NCBI RefSeq assembly: GCF_020745735.1
Contig: NC_083406.1
Location: 99,487,164-99,551,163, forward strand
From: Hemiscyllium ocellatum
Lineage: Eukaryota
Reading direction: 5' to 3'
DNA length: 64,000 nucleotides
The translations under genes were made by a program, and so were the position numbers. Position 1 is the first letter of the stretch. The number at the start of each line of letters is the position of its first letter. Positions 63,153-64,000 of this stretch are shown in pieces. The notes below the pieces were generated by a model. The model had not been told where the DNA came from and made no database searches. It saw only the letters and a program-made list of their open reading frames with translations.

Positions 63153-63302
63153 TATGATCATTCACAGCCAATCATGCAGTTCATGCCTGATACACTGGCA
63201 GCAGTAATGGTCCTTTGACGTCATTGATTGAATATGCTTACTGTATTTGAATCACCATGGCAAAACAAAACATGACTACTGGATAACGTGAGCTGTCTGA
63301 GA

Positions 63303-64000
63303 TAAAGCGAGAACTGCAGATGCTGGAGAGTCAGAATTAGAAACTGTGGTGCTGGAAAATCACAGCAGGTCAGGCAGCATCCGAGGAGCAGGAGAGTTGA
63401 CTTTTCGGGCATAAGCCCTTCATCAGGAAAGTTTGGGGAGGGGTTGGACGCTGAGAGATATGGGGTGGGAATGGGGCTGGGGTGAAGGTAGTTGGGAATG
63501 CAGAAGGTGGATGCAGGTGGGAGGTGATTATGATAGGTCTGTGGGGAGGGTGAAATGCTTAGGTGGGAAGGAAAATGGACAGGTAGAACAAGTGAAGAGG
63601 GAAGTTCTGAGATGGAGGGTTGGATCTGGGATAGGTGAGGGGAGGGGAGTTTTGGAAACTGTTGGAGTTGATGTTGATGCCGTGTGGCACCCAATGACCC
63701 CATTGCTCTGTCATTGATCACTTCAACCCCCCCCTAAAACTCCACCAAAGACATGTAAGTCCTGGGCTTCCTCCACCGCCAAATCCAAGCCACATGACAC
63801 CTGGAGGAAGAATACCTCCTCTTCCACCTTGGGACTCTTCAACCACAATGTCAATTTCACCAGTTTCCTCATCTCCCCTCCCCCAACCTCCTCCCAGATC
63901 CAGCCATCCAACTCGGCACCACCCTCTTTATCTGTCCTACCTGTCCATCTTCTTTCCCACCTATCCACTCCACTCTCCACATAGACGTATTACAATCACC
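63303..64000. mobile_element. Older long PLE inverted pair, running off the window end
   Basis: Minus-strand copy 63303-~63690 with tail and hammerhead remnant; plus-strand GIY-YIG C-terminal remnant from ~63721. Confidence 0.8.

Overview
Eukaryotic, repeat-rich genomic DNA, almost certainly from a shark or other elasmobranch: it carries about 10 HE1-type tRNA-derived SINEs and many CR1/HER1-like LINE fragments. I could not identify a host protein-coding exon with confidence. The window looks intronic or intergenic, and nearly all longer ORFs in the track are decayed retroelement ORFs, their antisense frames or a minisatellite. It contains CR1 LINE fragments on both strands (often nested), a Rex1/Babar-like LINE fragment, an L2/CR1-group LINE fragment, a decayed Gmr1-like LTR-retrotransposon integrase, probable solo LTRs, two 219-bp TA-flanked Tigger/pogo-like MITEs, an 18-bp minisatellite and a 36-nt G run. 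The main signal is a dense population of Penelope-like elements (PLEs; GIY-YIG endonuclease ORF at 47705-48634) whose 3' ends carry minimal hammerhead ribozymes. Many are inserted as palindromes: two 5'-truncated copies joined head-to-head, one ending at the full 3' terminus and the other ending about 35 nt short at a fixed internal point, flanked by target-site duplications (13-15 bp in the main family, 8-12 bp in the others). This geometry recurs in three PLE families with no obvious sequence similarity. Short copies begin almost exactly at the hammerhead CUGA core. One hammerhead is disrupted at its cleavage triplet by a 14-nt insert that matches a LINE about 690 bp away.
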